Under the pieces are notes generated by a model. That model was not told the origin of the DNA and did not search any database. It worked only from the letters and a program-made list of their open reading frames with translations. The translations under genes were made by a program, and so were the position numbers. Shown piece by piece: positions 1 through 8,127 of a DNA stretch of 34,387 bases. The first letter of the stretch is position 1. Each line of letters begins with the position of its first letter. The DNA is from a virus (taxonomy: Duplodnaviria > Caudoviricetes). The stretch lies in the IMG/VR virus record IMGVR_UViG_3300032249_000242, positions 1-34,387 of that record; one strand, written 5' to 3'.

Positions 1-1
1 C

Positions 2-391
2 ACAAACTACGCTAATGCAAATGCTAACGCCACAGACTCCGCATACGCTACTGGCACTGGAAATGCCACTGGATATAGTGGGCCTTTCTACAACTGTGGA
101 ACATGCTATCCAAGCTACCTGCGAGTTTTTAGGTCTGTAAGTAACGTAGTTACTACTGTTGTTAATCAGTTAATTGGTGAGACGGCTCCTCAGTCCATGA
201 AGGTACTTACTTCTGGAATCCAAATTACTACAAAGTTGTATTCAGACCCATCTTTAGTTACTCAAATTGGTAGCGACATTGTGTATACGGCTACTGGAGC
301 GGCTATCTCTCCTGCATATGGAATTACGGTTGTTCCAAGCAGCTACTCACAAAGCTACTCTGTTGGAGAAATTTCAATAGAAAAGAACTAG
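2..391 (+). CDS. C-terminal part of a fibre/adhesin-like structural protein (5'-truncated), paralog of 5304..6458
   Basis: Frame +2 is open from the window edge (TNYANANANATDSAY...YNCGTCYPSYLRVFRSVSNVVTTV...MKVLTSG...). The C-terminus aligns by eye with that of 5304..6458 (YLRVFRSVSNVVTTV / SVRLIRAVSGTVSTV; SMKVLTS / SLKIVTT; VYTATG / NYTATS). Confidence 0.7.
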   Translation, partial: TNYANANANATDSAYATGTGNATGYSGPFYNCGTCYPSYLRVFRSVSNVVTTVVNQLIGETAPQSMKVLTSGIQITTKLYSDPSLVTQIGSDIVYTATGAAISPAYGITVVPSSYSQSYSVGEISIEKN

Positions 392-420
392 ACTAAATTA
401 TCGGTATTTAAAAGGCCCAC

Positions 421-1119
421 ATGAAACTTATACGATTTGCAGCTAAAGCTAACCTTAGTAGCTGGGGAGTTCCTGCTCCTACTAAAAATGTCATACCCGA
501 GTGGTATAAAAAATCTGAAAGCACTTACGTGCATAAAGATGACCCTAAACAAGAAGAGCACGCTGGTCTTAAAAAGTGTATGCCCTTTATGGACACGATG
601 GTGTCAGGGTATGTTCTGACAACCCCCGTAGAGCTCTACGTAACTAAAGACGAAGACGGCAATCCTAGGGTTACATGGAATGGGCCTCCGGAGCTAAAAG
701 CGTTTGTTGCCGAACGCCCTGCTGTTTTAGGGGCGACTATGCCTCGTCCTGCTGGGCACTACCCAAATCACATGGTATTCTCTGGATTCTGGGGGTGGAA
801 GACTCCCCGTGGCTGGTCTACTTTAGTAGTGCACCCTTTAAACAGATACGACTTGCCTTTTACAATTTCTGCTGGAATTGTAGACAGCGACCAGTTTAAC
901 GCGTCGGGTAACATTCCATTTTTCCTTAGGGAGGGCTTCGAGGGAGTAATTCCAGAGGGCACTCCCTTTGCTCAAATTATCCCTATTAAGAGAGCCTCTT
1001 GGCTAATGGTTGATGACAGCACAGGAATGGCTGACGTTGAGATGATTCAAGGAGCTCTAGTTAGAGAGCCAGAAACTCTATACAAGCGTATTTTCTGGAA
1101 GCGTAAGGACTACCGATGA
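421..1119 (+). CDS. DUF6065-like protein (dUTPase-like beta fold), paralog 1
   Basis: Motifs IPEWYK, KKCMPFMD..VSGY, WKTPRGWSTLVVHPLNR.DLPF...GIVDSD, GVIPEGTPFAQIIPIKR. Clearly similar to 1525..2193. Confidence 0.7.
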   Translation: MKLIRFAAKANLSSWGVPAPTKNVIPEWYKKSESTYVHKDDPKQEEHAGLKKCMPFMDTMVSGYVLTTPVELYVTKDEDGNPRVTWNGPPELKAFVAERPAVLGATMPRPAGHYPNHMVFSGFWGWKTPRGWSTLVVHPLNRYDLPFTISAGIVDSDQFNASGNIPFFLREGFEGVIPEGTPFAQIIPIKRASWLMVDDSTGMADVEMIQGALVREPETLYKRIFWKRKDYR

Positions 1120-1541
1120 AGCCTAAGATTAAAAAGGATAGACCTGAAAAAAGAGTAGTTGTAAAAGTCTCTCCTAATAAAGTCCAAAAGCTAAGCACGT
1201 GGGACTTACTAAAAAGAGCCTTCTCTATTTGGCTAGACAAGATGTCTAGGCTTAAAAAGCCTGCCACAAATCCTCAGGGCATGATGCCCAACACAAACCT
1301 TTGGAAAGACATCACCTTTCTAGCGATTGTGGTTGACGACGAGGTTGTGGATGTAATGAGGGTCCAGCCTCGAATGGCGTCCATCCTGATGCACCAGCCT
1401 ACTTTTGTAGAGTTCAACCCCGCTAAGGGAGAGCACCCTCAGATTGGAACAAAATACAAGGATGGAAAGTTGGTATTTCCAACTCCAGATATTTCTCCCA
1501 AGAAGTTTGACCTAGGAAAACAAGATGAAAATAACGGGTAA
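1116..1541 (+). CDS. hypothetical protein, possible tail-fibre assembly-like protein
   Basis: ATGA overlap with the upstream gene. AIVVDDEVVDV and PQIGTKYKDGKLVFP resemble the IGxxYxDGxFxxP motif of fibre-associated chaperone-like proteins (weak). Confidence 0.5.
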   Translation: MKPKIKKDRPEKRVVVKVSPNKVQKLSTWDLLKRAFSIWLDKMSRLKKPATNPQGMMPNTNLWKDITFLAIVVDDEVVDVMRVQPRMASILMHQPTFVEFNPAKGEHPQIGTKYKDGKLVFPTPDISPKKFDLGKQDENNG

Positions 1542-2193
1542 AAACATAACTTTTCACTCTGAGATGCCGCACTTAGACTTGTTGCGTCCGACACCTGCTT
1601 CGAGGGTGGTTCCTGACTGGTACCGACAGATGAACGGCGTAGAAGACCGCGTAGAAACTGTCAAAAAGTGCATTCCAGTACTGGACGCGTTTACTATCGG
1701 ATACATGATTCCTTTGTCTGCAGACGTAATGTACGACCACGAGAGCAAGCAAATTATTAGCAACGCTGCTTTTAAAGTAAATAGCGACCACATGCCTGTC
1801 CAAACCAAAGACGTCCCTATACTGCCGGGGTTTGACCCTCAGCCACATAAATGGATGAACAGCTGGCACATCAAAACTCCTAAGGGCTATAGCACCCTTT
1901 TTATACACCCACTAAACCGTCAAGACTTACCGTTCTACTCTTTCTCTGGGGTTGTAGATACGGACACTCACCCTATGGTTATTAACTTCCCATTTGTAAT
2001 ACGGGAAGACTTTAAGGGAGTAATTCCTGCTGGTACCCCCATGATTCAAGCCATCCCATTTAAGCGAGATGAATGGGATAGCACAGTTATAGACACTGGT
2101 AAGCCATACACTTTTAACAGAGGATACGAAAACCAGAACGCACCGCTTGCGTGGTATAAGCGAGTATCGTGGAATAAGAAGGTGTTTAGATGA
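1525..2193 (+). CDS. DUF6065-like protein (dUTPase-like beta fold), paralog 2
   Basis: VPDWYR, KKCIPVLD...IGY, WHIKTPKGYSTLFIHPLNRQDLPF...GVVDTD, GVIPAGTPMIQAIPFKR. Confidence 0.7.
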   Translation: MKITGKNITFHSEMPHLDLLRPTPASRVVPDWYRQMNGVEDRVETVKKCIPVLDAFTIGYMIPLSADVMYDHESKQIISNAAFKVNSDHMPVQTKDVPILPGFDPQPHKWMNSWHIKTPKGYSTLFIHPLNRQDLPFYSFSGVVDTDTHPMVINFPFVIREDFKGVIPAGTPMIQAIPFKRDEWDSTVIDTGKPYTFNRGYENQNAPLAWYKRVSWNKKVFR

Positions 2194-3482
2194 CATTACC
2201 CACTATTTACGTGGCAATTGCGGCTCTAGATGATGAAGAGCTTGTACCTACTCTTAAAGACTTGTACAGCAAAGCTTCCGAGCCAAGCCGAGTCCACGTT
2301 GGCTTAGTGGTGCAGAGCACCTCCTCCCAGTGGTACAAAGACGTGTCTAAAGAGGCACAGTCTATTTCCCCTAACATACGTCACCGTTTTGTAAGGATAA
2401 CCAGTAAGAACGCCCTAGAGGTACTGGGTGTGGGTCAGGGCAGAGAACTATCCCACAGCATGTACCAAGACGAAGACTACGTTCTGCAGATTGACTCTCA
2501 TTCTATGTTCTTAGAAAATTGGGATGAGATTCTTATTGGTCTACTACACCTTGCAAAGAAGGCTACCGATAATAGCCACACTCTTCTCACTGCCTACGCT
2601 GGCAACTACTTCCTAGATGAGAACGGCAATAGGACGCTGGAGTTTCCTGAGGGCCTTAACCCTCACTACGGCTTTTACTACCCGCTGTATAGACCGTACG
2701 TCAGTAATGCTGGGTTGCCTTCTTGGGACACCGTTCCCTTGTCAAAGATATCGACTACTACCGACCGCTTTGTTCCTTCCCCTAAATTTAACGCAAACTT
2801 TGCCTTTGGCGACAAGAGGTTCGCAGAGACCTTGGGCCTAGATTCCTCCGTCATCTTCTTTGAAGAAGAGATAGTGCAAAGCGTTAACTTGATGGGCTCT
2901 GGCTGGTCACTGGTGTTCCCTAACGTTACTGAGGCTGTGGTTAAGCACCTATACGTAGCAGAAGGCCAGATGAGTGCATCTCGACGAAAAGCTGCTGCTA
3001 GCTATCTCTCTGAAGAAGACGCCATAAAGATGCAGGAAAAGATGCAGGGCAACTACCGCGCTTTCTTGAATAATGATGTTATACGCGTTCCTAAATCCGA
3101 CTATGAGGCGTACGCAAACGTAAGCCTTAAATACGGAAGACAAACTCCAGAAACAATCTACCCAAGTACTTGGACGCTACAATCGCCTAAGTCTGACTGT
3201 AAGGACACTGAAGTGCACGACCACGCTGACGAACCAACCCCTGCGCCACAAGAGCCGAAGAAGGCTAGGCCATGGGACATGATAGACCCTCGCATTGGCA
3301 GAGTGGATGAGAAGGTCAAACAACTTCGAATGGACTTCTGCTACAACTGTGAGTTCTTCATTTCTCTGACTCAGCAGTGCAAGAAGTGTGGCTGTCATAT
3401 GCCTTGGAAGACCTCTCTTCCACACGCAGAGTGCCCGGTAGGAAAGTGGAGTGCGGTACCTGATGAGTCTTCAGCCCAATAA
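2190..3482 (+). CDS. GT60/GlcNAc-family (Skp1-hydroxyproline GlcNAc-transferase-like) glycosyltransferase with C-terminal 6-Cys (DUF6171-like) domain
   Basis: TIYVAIAALDDEELVPTLKDLYSKASEPSRVHVG, GVGQGR...MYQDEDYVLQIDSHSMFLENWD (the QIDSH signature), NFAFG, FFEEE. C-terminus RMDFCYNCEFF..TQQCKKCGCHM..K.....AECPVGKW. Confidence 0.8.
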   Translation: MTLPTIYVAIAALDDEELVPTLKDLYSKASEPSRVHVGLVVQSTSSQWYKDVSKEAQSISPNIRHRFVRITSKNALEVLGVGQGRELSHSMYQDEDYVLQIDSHSMFLENWDEILIGLLHLAKKATDNSHTLLTAYAGNYFLDENGNRTLEFPEGLNPHYGFYYPLYRPYVSNAGLPSWDTVPLSKISTTTDRFVPSPKFNANFAFGDKRFAETLGLDSSVIFFEEEIVQSVNLMGSGWSLVFPNVTEAVVKHLYVAEGQMSASRRKAAASYLSEEDAIKMQEKMQGNYRAFLNNDVIRVPKSDYEAYANVSLKYGRQTPETIYPSTWTLQSPKSDCKDTEVHDHADEPTPAPQEPKKARPWDMIDPRIGRVDEKVKQLRMDFCYNCEFFISLTQQCKKCGCHMPWKTSLPHAECPVGKWSAVPDESSAQ

Positions 3483-4197
3483 CCTAACGATTATTCAGGG
3501 CGATGCAACAAAGCTAGATATCCCTTCTAACTCTGTTGATTTAATAATTACTCATCCTCCCTACATCTCTACAGATGTCAGGCGTTATGGAGGGCAGTCG
3601 TCTCTGCAGATAAATATGAGTAATAACGAAAAGAAGATGTTAAAGCTTTACCTAAAAGCTGTTAAAGAGATGTATCGAGTCCTTAAGCCGTCTGGAAGTT
3701 TAGTAATGGCTAACTCTTCTAGAAACGGGTTTGACATGAAGCTGGCTGCAGAAGTTCTCTTGTCAACAGACTTTAACTTAGCCGGAACATTTGTGCAGTC
3801 TGACCCTGAGCAGGGCACCTTTAGAGGAGAGCGGATTCAGACAGAGTCAGTAACTATGTGGCATCACTTTGCAAAAAGCACAGAGATGTACTACGACCAC
3901 ATGGAAGTAAAGCGCTACTCTAACCCTGTCTGGGAACTACCGTTTAATAATCTTAAAGACCCCATAGACACTGCCTTAAATAAAGAAGGATTTCACGTTC
4001 TAGACGTTATGAACAAAGAAGTGGTGTCTAGGTGTATAAAGATGTTTTCTAAGACTAATCACGTAGTTCTAGACCCATTCGGCGGTTCTGCACTTGTAGC
4101 TGTGACTGCGGCTCAACTGGGTAGAGTGGGCATCTCAAACGACATCTCTGAAACTCAAGTCCAAGCGGCTAACCGACGAGCGGAGCTAACCCTATGA
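3463..4197 (+). CDS. SAM-dependent amino-methyltransferase, beta-class N6A/N4C DNA MTase-like
   Basis: IIQGDA...SVDLIITHPPY (motif IV), EMYRVLKPSG, C-terminal VVLDPFGGS (motif I). ATG at 3463 preferred over the GTG at 3451. Confidence 0.8.
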   Translation: MSLQPNNLTIIQGDATKLDIPSNSVDLIITHPPYISTDVRRYGGQSSLQINMSNNEKKMLKLYLKAVKEMYRVLKPSGSLVMANSSRNGFDMKLAAEVLLSTDFNLAGTFVQSDPEQGTFRGERIQTESVTMWHHFAKSTEMYYDHMEVKRYSNPVWELPFNNLKDPIDTALNKEGFHVLDVMNKEVVSRCIKMFSKTNHVVLDPFGGSALVAVTAAQLGRVGISNDISETQVQAANRRAELTL

Positions 4198-5246
4198 AAG
4201 TAGCTGTCTACACAATCGCTTTGAATGAAGAGCAGTTTGTAAAACGGTGGTATGAGTCTGCTAAGGATGCTGACTACCTACTGATTGCGGACACGGGGTC
4301 TACAGACAGCACAGCTAGATTGGCTCAGCGTCTTGGAGTCAACGTTATCTCTATTTCGATTTCTCCATGGCGGTTTGAGGACGCAAGAAACGCTGCACTA
4401 GCATCGCTACCTGCCGACATTGACTACTGCATAGCTCTTGATATGGATGAGGTGCTGCTCCCAAATTGGAGAGCTGGCTTAGAAGAAGCCTTATCAAATG
4501 GAGTTACAAGACCTAGGTACACATACACGTGGTCGTGGAAGGAAGACGGCGCTCCGGGACTTCAATATGGCGGAGATAAGATTCATACTAGAAAGAACTA
4601 CCGCTGGAAGCATCCTGTTCACGAGGTCCTTAGTGTGTACGGAATCCCAGAAGTGCAAAGCTGGGTAGATTTAGAGATACATCATTATCCAGACAACACA
4701 AAACCACGAAGCCAGTACCTGCCTCTACTTAAGTTGTCTGTAGAAGAAGACCCTTCAGATGACCGAAACGCCTTCTACTATGCTAGAGAGCTGTTCTTCT
4801 ACAACCAGTATCATGAAGCTGCTGAAGAGTTTAAGCGCCATCTCTCCTTGCCTAGAGCTACGTGGGCTCCAGAACGTGCCGCTTCGATGCGGTATCTAGC
4901 AAAGATAGAGCCAGATAGTCGAGCAGACTGGCTTATTAAAGCACACGCTGAGTCTTCTAATAGACGTGAGGCGCTAGTGGAGTTAGCTCAACACTTCTAC
5001 CATCTAAAGGAGTGGTCGAGTTGCCTGACTTACGCTCAGAAAGCCTTGGCCATAGAAGAAAAGCCACTGGACTATCTTTGTGAAGAGTTTGCTTGGGGGT
5101 CTCTGCCATATGACCTAGCTGCTATCGCTAGTTACTGGTTAGAGGACGTAGAGAAAGCGTTAGAGTACGGGCTACAAGCAGCTCAACTTGAGCCTAGCAA
5201 TCAACGACTGCAAAACAATCTAGCGTTCTACCAAGCAGGTCGTTAA
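4194..5246 (+). CDS. GT2 glycosyltransferase with C-terminal TPR repeats (SunS-like architecture)
   Basis: VYTIALNEE, DTGSTD, WRFEDARNAAL, LDMDE (DxD), W..PVHE, followed by TPR-like helices (AFYYARELF, REALVELAQHFY, ALEYGLQAAQLEP). Confidence 0.85.
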   Translation: MKVAVYTIALNEEQFVKRWYESAKDADYLLIADTGSTDSTARLAQRLGVNVISISISPWRFEDARNAALASLPADIDYCIALDMDEVLLPNWRAGLEEALSNGVTRPRYTYTWSWKEDGAPGLQYGGDKIHTRKNYRWKHPVHEVLSVYGIPEVQSWVDLEIHHYPDNTKPRSQYLPLLKLSVEEDPSDDRNAFYYARELFFYNQYHEAAEEFKRHLSLPRATWAPERAASMRYLAKIEPDSRADWLIKAHAESSNRREALVELAQHFYHLKEWSSCLTYAQKALAIEEKPLDYLCEEFAWGSLPYDLAAIASYWLEDVEKALEYGLQAAQLEPSNQRLQNNLAFYQAGR

Positions 5247-5303
5247 GGCTGTATTTATAGCCACATTGCGAGAAACTATAGGTAGTATTCACGGAGGTTT
5301 CTT

Positions 5304-6458
5304 TTGCCCGGTTCTATTAAAGTTAGCGGTTCTCAGAGGACCGTGGCTTCTCCGTACGTCAAGGTCTCTGGCTCTTGGAGACAAGTTGCTGCGGGCTACA
5401 TTAAGGTAGCTGGCTCTTGGAGAGTCTGGCACTCTGCCGATATTTCCGACGACTTCAATAGAACTAACAGCTCTACGCTAGGCACTGCCAGCAACGGAAT
5501 TGCGCAGTGGACAACTCTTAAAGGTTCGTGGGGAGTCGAATCTTCGCAAGCAAGCAGCACTACCCTTGCAACGAGTGGTGCTTTGGCAACCACTCCTCTT
5601 ATTAAGCCTGTTCCAAACTACGACATAACACTAGACATCCCAAGCGGTGCGGGTGTTGGCGCGGCATTCTGGGTAACTGACCAAGACAACTGGTGGGCAG
5701 CCATTACTTATCAGACTACTTCTACTACGTATTCTTGCCCTAATGGAGGAACTCGGAACGGCACTACGTGTAATACCCTTAGTGGATATCCGGCTTCAAC
5801 TGGTTACACACAGACTTACTGCGGGGAACCGTCACGACCAACAACGCAGTACTACGTTGAAGAGACAAGGTACGGCTATGAGCCAATTGGTATTGGTTGT
5901 GGGTCGCAGTGTACAACCTTTGGTGGGTACTGCATCGACGGCACATGTAAAGAACCGAGCGTATACATCTATTGTACTAGCACCCCGACTGGCAGTGCTA
6001 CGTCCTGCTCGGAGCAAACTGGCGGAGGCTGCTCCGGTGGATGCAGTCTTGCTGGTGACGGTAGCTGTTACTCCTATTCTAGCTATTACTACTGCCCAAA
6101 CGGTGGCAGCCTAGAAGGAAGCACTTGTTTTGTCACTAGCTCTTACGAGGCTACTGCTACCACTACAACAAGTTACAGCGTCCGTCTAATTAGGGCGGTA
6201 AGTGGAACTGTTTCTACCGTTCAAACCGTGAGCACTTCTGGGCCTACAAAGAGCCTTAAGATAGTTACCACTAACAATGCTATAAATGTCAAGGCATACG
6301 CTGTAGAAGGTCAAGTAGGCGCTGCTACAGAGCTTAACTACACTGCAACTTCCCCGACTATTACAGGCAACTTGGGTATAATTAAGACAGTCGCAGTAAC
6401 CTCAGGCTCTGCCAGTGCAAATCAAACAAACATCGTAGATAACTTTGGAGCACGCTAA
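5304..6458 (+). CDS. Cys-rich fibre/adhesin-like structural protein
   Basis: TTG start with GGAGG at 5293-5297. N-terminal KVxGSW-type repeats, then SDDFNR opening a beta-sandwich, with a central 14-Cys insert carrying two YxCPNGGxxxGxTC repeats. Confidence 0.7.
   Translation: MPGSIKVSGSQRTVASPYVKVSGSWRQVAAGYIKVAGSWRVWHSADISDDFNRTNSSTLGTASNGIAQWTTLKGSWGVESSQASSTTLATSGALATTPLIKPVPNYDITLDIPSGAGVGAAFWVTDQDNWWAAITYQTTSTTYSCPNGGTRNGTTCNTLSGYPASTGYTQTYCGEPSRPTTQYYVEETRYGYEPIGIGCGSQCTTFGGYCIDGTCKEPSVYIYCTSTPTGSATSCSEQTGGGCSGGCSLAGDGSCYSYSSYYYCPNGGSLEGSTCFVTSSYEATATTTTSYSVRLIRAVSGTVSTVQTVSTSGPTKSLKIVTTNNAINVKAYAVEGQVGAATELNYTATSPTITGNLGIIKTVAVTSGSASANQTNIVDNFGAR
5368..5423 (+). repeat. 14-bp direct repeat CTGGCTCTTGGAGA, 42-nt period, encoding KVxGSWR repeats
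   Basis: Copies at 5368-5381 and 5410-5423. Confidence 0.8.
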
Positions 6459-6622
6459 TGGAAAAACTACCTTTAACTATTAAAGACCCAGTACAACGGT
6501 ATGACATCTGCAAAGAATGCCCGAGATTTTTTGCCCCTACCCGTCAATGTGCGGAGTGCTTTTGCACTATGAACGCAAAAGTAAAAATTGAAGACGCAAC
6601 CTGCCCTCTAGGAAAGTGGTAA
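6458..6622 (+). CDS. 54-aa stand-alone 6-Cys (DUF6171-like) protein, absent from the ORF track
   Basis: TAATG-coupled to the upstream gene. MEKLPLTIKDPVQRYDICKECPRFFAPTRQCAECFCTMNAKVKIEDATCPLGKW has the same Cys spacing as the C-terminus of 2190..3482. Confidence 0.85.
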   Translation: MEKLPLTIKDPVQRYDICKECPRFFAPTRQCAECFCTMNAKVKIEDATCPLGKW

Positions 6623-6626
6623 CAAT

Positions 6627-6920
6627 ATGGACTACAAATTTATGCACACAGCTAACGGACCTGCGGTTGTTTCTGAAGATGAAGTTGTTTTCTTTAATCA
6701 GTCTATAGCTTTGTTGGACTACGCAGACGCTGACCCTGACTTTGTGGCTAAGGCGAAAGCATTCCTTGCAGAAGAGATAGTAGGAATGGCACAGCTCCTC
6801 GCTAACAGCCTCACTGCTCCTACCGTGGGTGTCGAGTACGGAATGGCCCTTCCAACATACGTCACAGCTATTTACCACATTAACAACTTTGAACAGTTCT
6901 TACGTCAGCAAGTGAGGTAA
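6627..6920 (+). CDS. hypothetical protein
   Basis: 97-aa ORF packed tightly between co-oriented genes. Confidence 0.65.
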   Translation: MDYKFMHTANGPAVVSEDEVVFFNQSIALLDYADADPDFVAKAKAFLAEEIVGMAQLLANSLTAPTVGVEYGMALPTYVTAIYHINNFEQFLRQQVR

Positions 6921-6922
6921 CC

Positions 6923-7495
6923 ATGAGAGGCTCTAAGCTCCAAGGACGCTTTGATATTAACCATGAAGCCGAAGCTATGTACGAGGCTATGGCTGAGGAG
7001 CTTGGCGAAAAAGTCGGTATTGACGTGGACTGGTTCCGCTGGCAAGACTGGTACCTAGAAGACCCAGACAATAACGTCGTAGATGACATCTATGATGTGT
7101 CTAGCGGCGTATCTGGCGGAGGTCGCCGTTGGATGGCCCCGTTCAAACTCAGAACTGTTATGGCCCAAATTACTCGTGGTGGAAACATCCCTAACGAACG
7201 CGGTTTCTACACCAGCGATACTCTGCGACTAGTTATTAACGCAGATGACATTCGCCGTAAGCTCCCTGAGATTCTTCGTAATGAGCCTAACCAATTTATT
7301 AAAGACCGTATTCTATACCGCGGGCAGGTATTCAGCCCTACTCGCATTAACCCACGTGGCCACTTTGGGTTCCGCTGGGCAGTAGTAACCATTGACTGCA
7401 ATGAAGTTAATGCTGAAGAGCTAGTCAATGACCCGCAGTTCCTTAAATACGCACAAAAACCTAACCCTGACCTACGAACGCTGTTGGAGGACTAA
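6923..7495 (+). CDS. putative head-closure / head-tail joining protein
   Basis: 190 aa, upstream of the neck and sheath genes. DTLRLVI...KDRILYRGQVFSP pattern is typical of stopper beta-barrels (inference). Confidence 0.55.
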   Translation: MRGSKLQGRFDINHEAEAMYEAMAEELGEKVGIDVDWFRWQDWYLEDPDNNVVDDIYDVSSGVSGGGRRWMAPFKLRTVMAQITRGGNIPNERGFYTSDTLRLVINADDIRRKLPEILRNEPNQFIKDRILYRGQVFSPTRINPRGHFGFRWAVVTIDCNEVNAEELVNDPQFLKYAQKPNPDLRTLLED

Positions 7496-7692
7496 TGGCT
7501 GAAGAACGCAAAACTATTCGCAAAACCCGTGTGGCTGCTCGTGTGGGCAAAAACCCAACGGGGAGCGTAGAAACTACCCTAGACAGCACTAAATACCGTG
7601 GTGGTGGTGCAAAACCAAAGGCTCGTAAAGGCGGTACTATCCGTAAGCCTTCGGCAAAGATTCGTTACTCTAAGACTCACAAGACAGACTAA
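7495..7692 (+). CDS. small basic protein (65 aa)
   Basis: TAATG coupling at both ends; K/R-rich. Confidence 0.7.
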   Translation: MAEERKTIRKTRVAARVGKNPTGSVETTLDSTKYRGGGAKPKARKGGTIRKPSAKIRYSKTHKTD

Positions 7693-7883
7693 TGGCTGAG
7701 AAAAAGAAGACTACTAAGTCCAAGGTAAACGAGGCTGGTAACTACACCAAGCCCGAAATGCGCAAAGCTTTGTTTAATAAGATTAAGGCTGGTACTAAAG
7801 GTGGCGACCCCGGTGAGTGGTCGGCTCGTAAAGCTCAGCTCCTAGCTTCTGAGTACAAGAAGAAGGGTGGAGGCTACAAGTAA
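7692..7883 (+). CDS. small basic protein, N-terminal half of a DUF5872-like family
   Basis: YTKP..RK......KAG.KGG.PGEWSARKAQLLASEYKKKGGGY motif. Confidence 0.75.
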   Translation: MAEKKKTTKSKVNEAGNYTKPEMRKALFNKIKAGTKGGDPGEWSARKAQLLASEYKKKGGGYK

Positions 7884-8119
7884 TGGCCCTCGCTAAGTCT
7901 CAGAAGTCCCTTAAGAAGTGGACTAAAGAAGAGTGGACAACCCACGATGGCTCAGAGTCCAAAGGAAAGAAGCGCTACTTGCCAAAGAAGGCATGGAACG
8001 AGCTCACTCCTGCTGAAAAGGCTGCAACAAACAAAGCAAAAGCTACAGGCAATAAAAAAGGCAAGCAGTTTGTAGCACAACCAAAAAAGATTGCTAAGAA
8101 AACAGCAAAACATAGATAG
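7883..8119 (+). CDS. small basic protein, C-terminal half of a DUF5872-like family
   Basis: SQKSLKKWTKEEWTT.DG......RYLPKKAW..L...EK.ATN..K..G.KKGKQFV motif. Confidence 0.75.
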   Translation: MALAKSQKSLKKWTKEEWTTHDGSESKGKKRYLPKKAWNELTPAEKAATNKAKATGNKKGKQFVAQPKKIAKKTAKHR

Positions 8120-8127
8120 GAATGCAA

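Noticed and set aside
5247-5282. Small hairpin (5247-5262) and GAGAAACTATAG as a late promoter shared with GGGACAATAGAA at 21710
   Set aside because: Only two loosely similar instances; too weak to call without TSS data.
2-6458. Diversity-generating retroelement acting on the paralogous fibre C-termini
   Set aside because: Similarity is only at the protein level. No near-identical TR/VR pair with adenine-specific mismatches and no reverse transcriptase were seen in the window.
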